46,023 nucleotides of DNA from a virus. Its lineage: Duplodnaviria; Caudoviricetes. This document shows positions 45,200-46,023 of this stretch, piece after piece. Below the pieces are notes generated by a model that did not search any database, had not been told where the DNA came from, and saw only the letters and a program-made list of their open reading frames with translations. The stretch's first letter is position 1. Each line of letters opens with the position of its first letter. The position numbers were made by a program, and so were the translations under genes. Where the stretch lies: the IMG/VR virus record IMGVR_UViG_3300049782_000037, positions 1-46,023 of that record. One strand, 5' to 3'.

Positions 45200-45251
45200 G
45201 TGCTGTACCTCCCGTGTCGGGTGAGCGCTGCAGCTCACCCGTGTCGGGCCG

Positions 45252-45833
45252 CTACAGCAGAGAGTCGATGACGTGCTGCAGGTCGCCGAGCCGCGACGGC
45301 GTGCCGCCGAACGTCCGGCCGGTGACCGCGATGTACCGGCCGGTGCCGTACAGCTCGACCGAGCCGGACCCGACCGTGATGCGCCTGCCGTGCGGCAGCG
45401 CGCCGTACCCCCAGACGTGCAGCCCGTCGCCGCCCTGCGAGACCTCGACCCATGTCGAGCCGGCGTCGTCGACGATGCGCTGCGCCCACGGCAGCAGCTC
45501 GCCGTCGACGAGGGCGTGATCGAGGTCGAGGCAGACGACGCCGTCGCCGTCGAGGACGAACCCGAGCCCGGCCCCCGCCGACGAGCGAGCGGCATCGCGG
45601 TACCGCGACCAGGTCGCCGGGTCCGTGCTGCTCGCTGCCGAGCCGTCGACGGCGACCGGCACCTTTCGCGCGGTGCGCCGGATCCACCGCGGCCGGCGGG
45701 TCAGCTCGTCGGGGATCGTGCGGGCCGCTCGGTGCGCGGCCGCGCGGCACGCCGATCGGCAGAACCGCGCGTGCCGCCGGGCGGTCAGCGGCATCGGTCC
45801 GTCGCAGTGCTCGCAGTCCCGGCGCGTCGTCAT
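45252..45833 (-). CDS. Stand-alone AEP primase-polymerase domain with N-terminal zinc finger
   Basis: CEHC...CRSAC; ASSTDPATW; GLGFVL....VCLDLD; EVSQGGDGLH; VELY...RY..VTG; -10 TACCAT 6 nt before the ATG. Confidence 0.82.
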   Translation of the reverse strand: MTTRRDCEHCDGPMPLTARRHARFCRSACRAAAHRAARTIPDELTRRPRWIRRTARKVPVAVDGSAASSTDPATWSRYRDAARSSAGAGLGFVLDGDGVVCLDLDHALVDGELLPWAQRIVDDAGSTWVEVSQGGDGLHVWGYGALPHGRRITVGSGSVELYGTGRYIAVTGRTFGGTPSRLGDLQHVIDSLL

Positions 45834-46023
45834 GCATCCATGGTATCGCGGCGTACGCTTTTAGTGCGCTGACCTGCATGTATCAGGTACGTATCGGAAG
45901 TGCGGCAGGCTGAGAGGCGATCTGCGTGCCCCATTCCGCGCGCCATCAAATCAGCCTGCCGCACCCGTGCGCGCCGCCCTGCGCGCCACCCACGCCCCGC
46001 AGCGTGGCCGTTTTCCCCAGACC

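Larger units (their letters stand above)
1..46023. mobile_element. Temperate siphovirus genome (actinophage, probably Streptomyces), non-integrated configuration
   Basis: Canonical terminase-portal-capsid-tail-lysis order, serine integrase, repressor/Cro switch and early replication genes; no host housekeeping genes; phage genes on both sides of int/attP. Confidence 0.95.

Overview
The whole window is a near-complete temperate siphovirus genome from a high-GC actinomycete, most likely Streptomyces (inferred from base composition and gene families). It is written mostly on the minus strand. Reading from the right end: stand-alone AEP primase-polymerase domain, terminase small/large, portal, MuF-like head protein, scaffold, decoration protein, major capsid, head-tail proteins, major tail, tail assembly chaperones (-1 frameshift), tape measure with an SLT domain, minor tail proteins, a beta-helix tailspike, two CHAP lysins and membrane/holin genes. 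A five-gene accessory module (XRE-HTH/TPR-like regulator plus a four-gene operon) follows, then a candidate intact attP and a large serine integrase. Next come a repressor/Cro switch with an array of TTCC-N6-GGAA operators and an early operon (Cas4-like exonuclease, Gp3-like RDF, DnaQ, RuvC, a C5-methyltransferase with a nested out-of-frame gene, replication initiator, N4/N6 methyltransferase). Near the left end is a second divergent switch: a small HTH gene flanked by hairpin arrays with identical loops, followed by a GIY-YIG gene. Phage genes lie on both sides of attP, so this looks like the free or excised form. Most notable are the dual-frame methyltransferase, the identical-loop hairpin leaders, the XRE-TPR module and TTA (bldA-dependent) codons in the first genes of both accessory operons. 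All calls are by eye from the sequence and motifs; no database searches were run.
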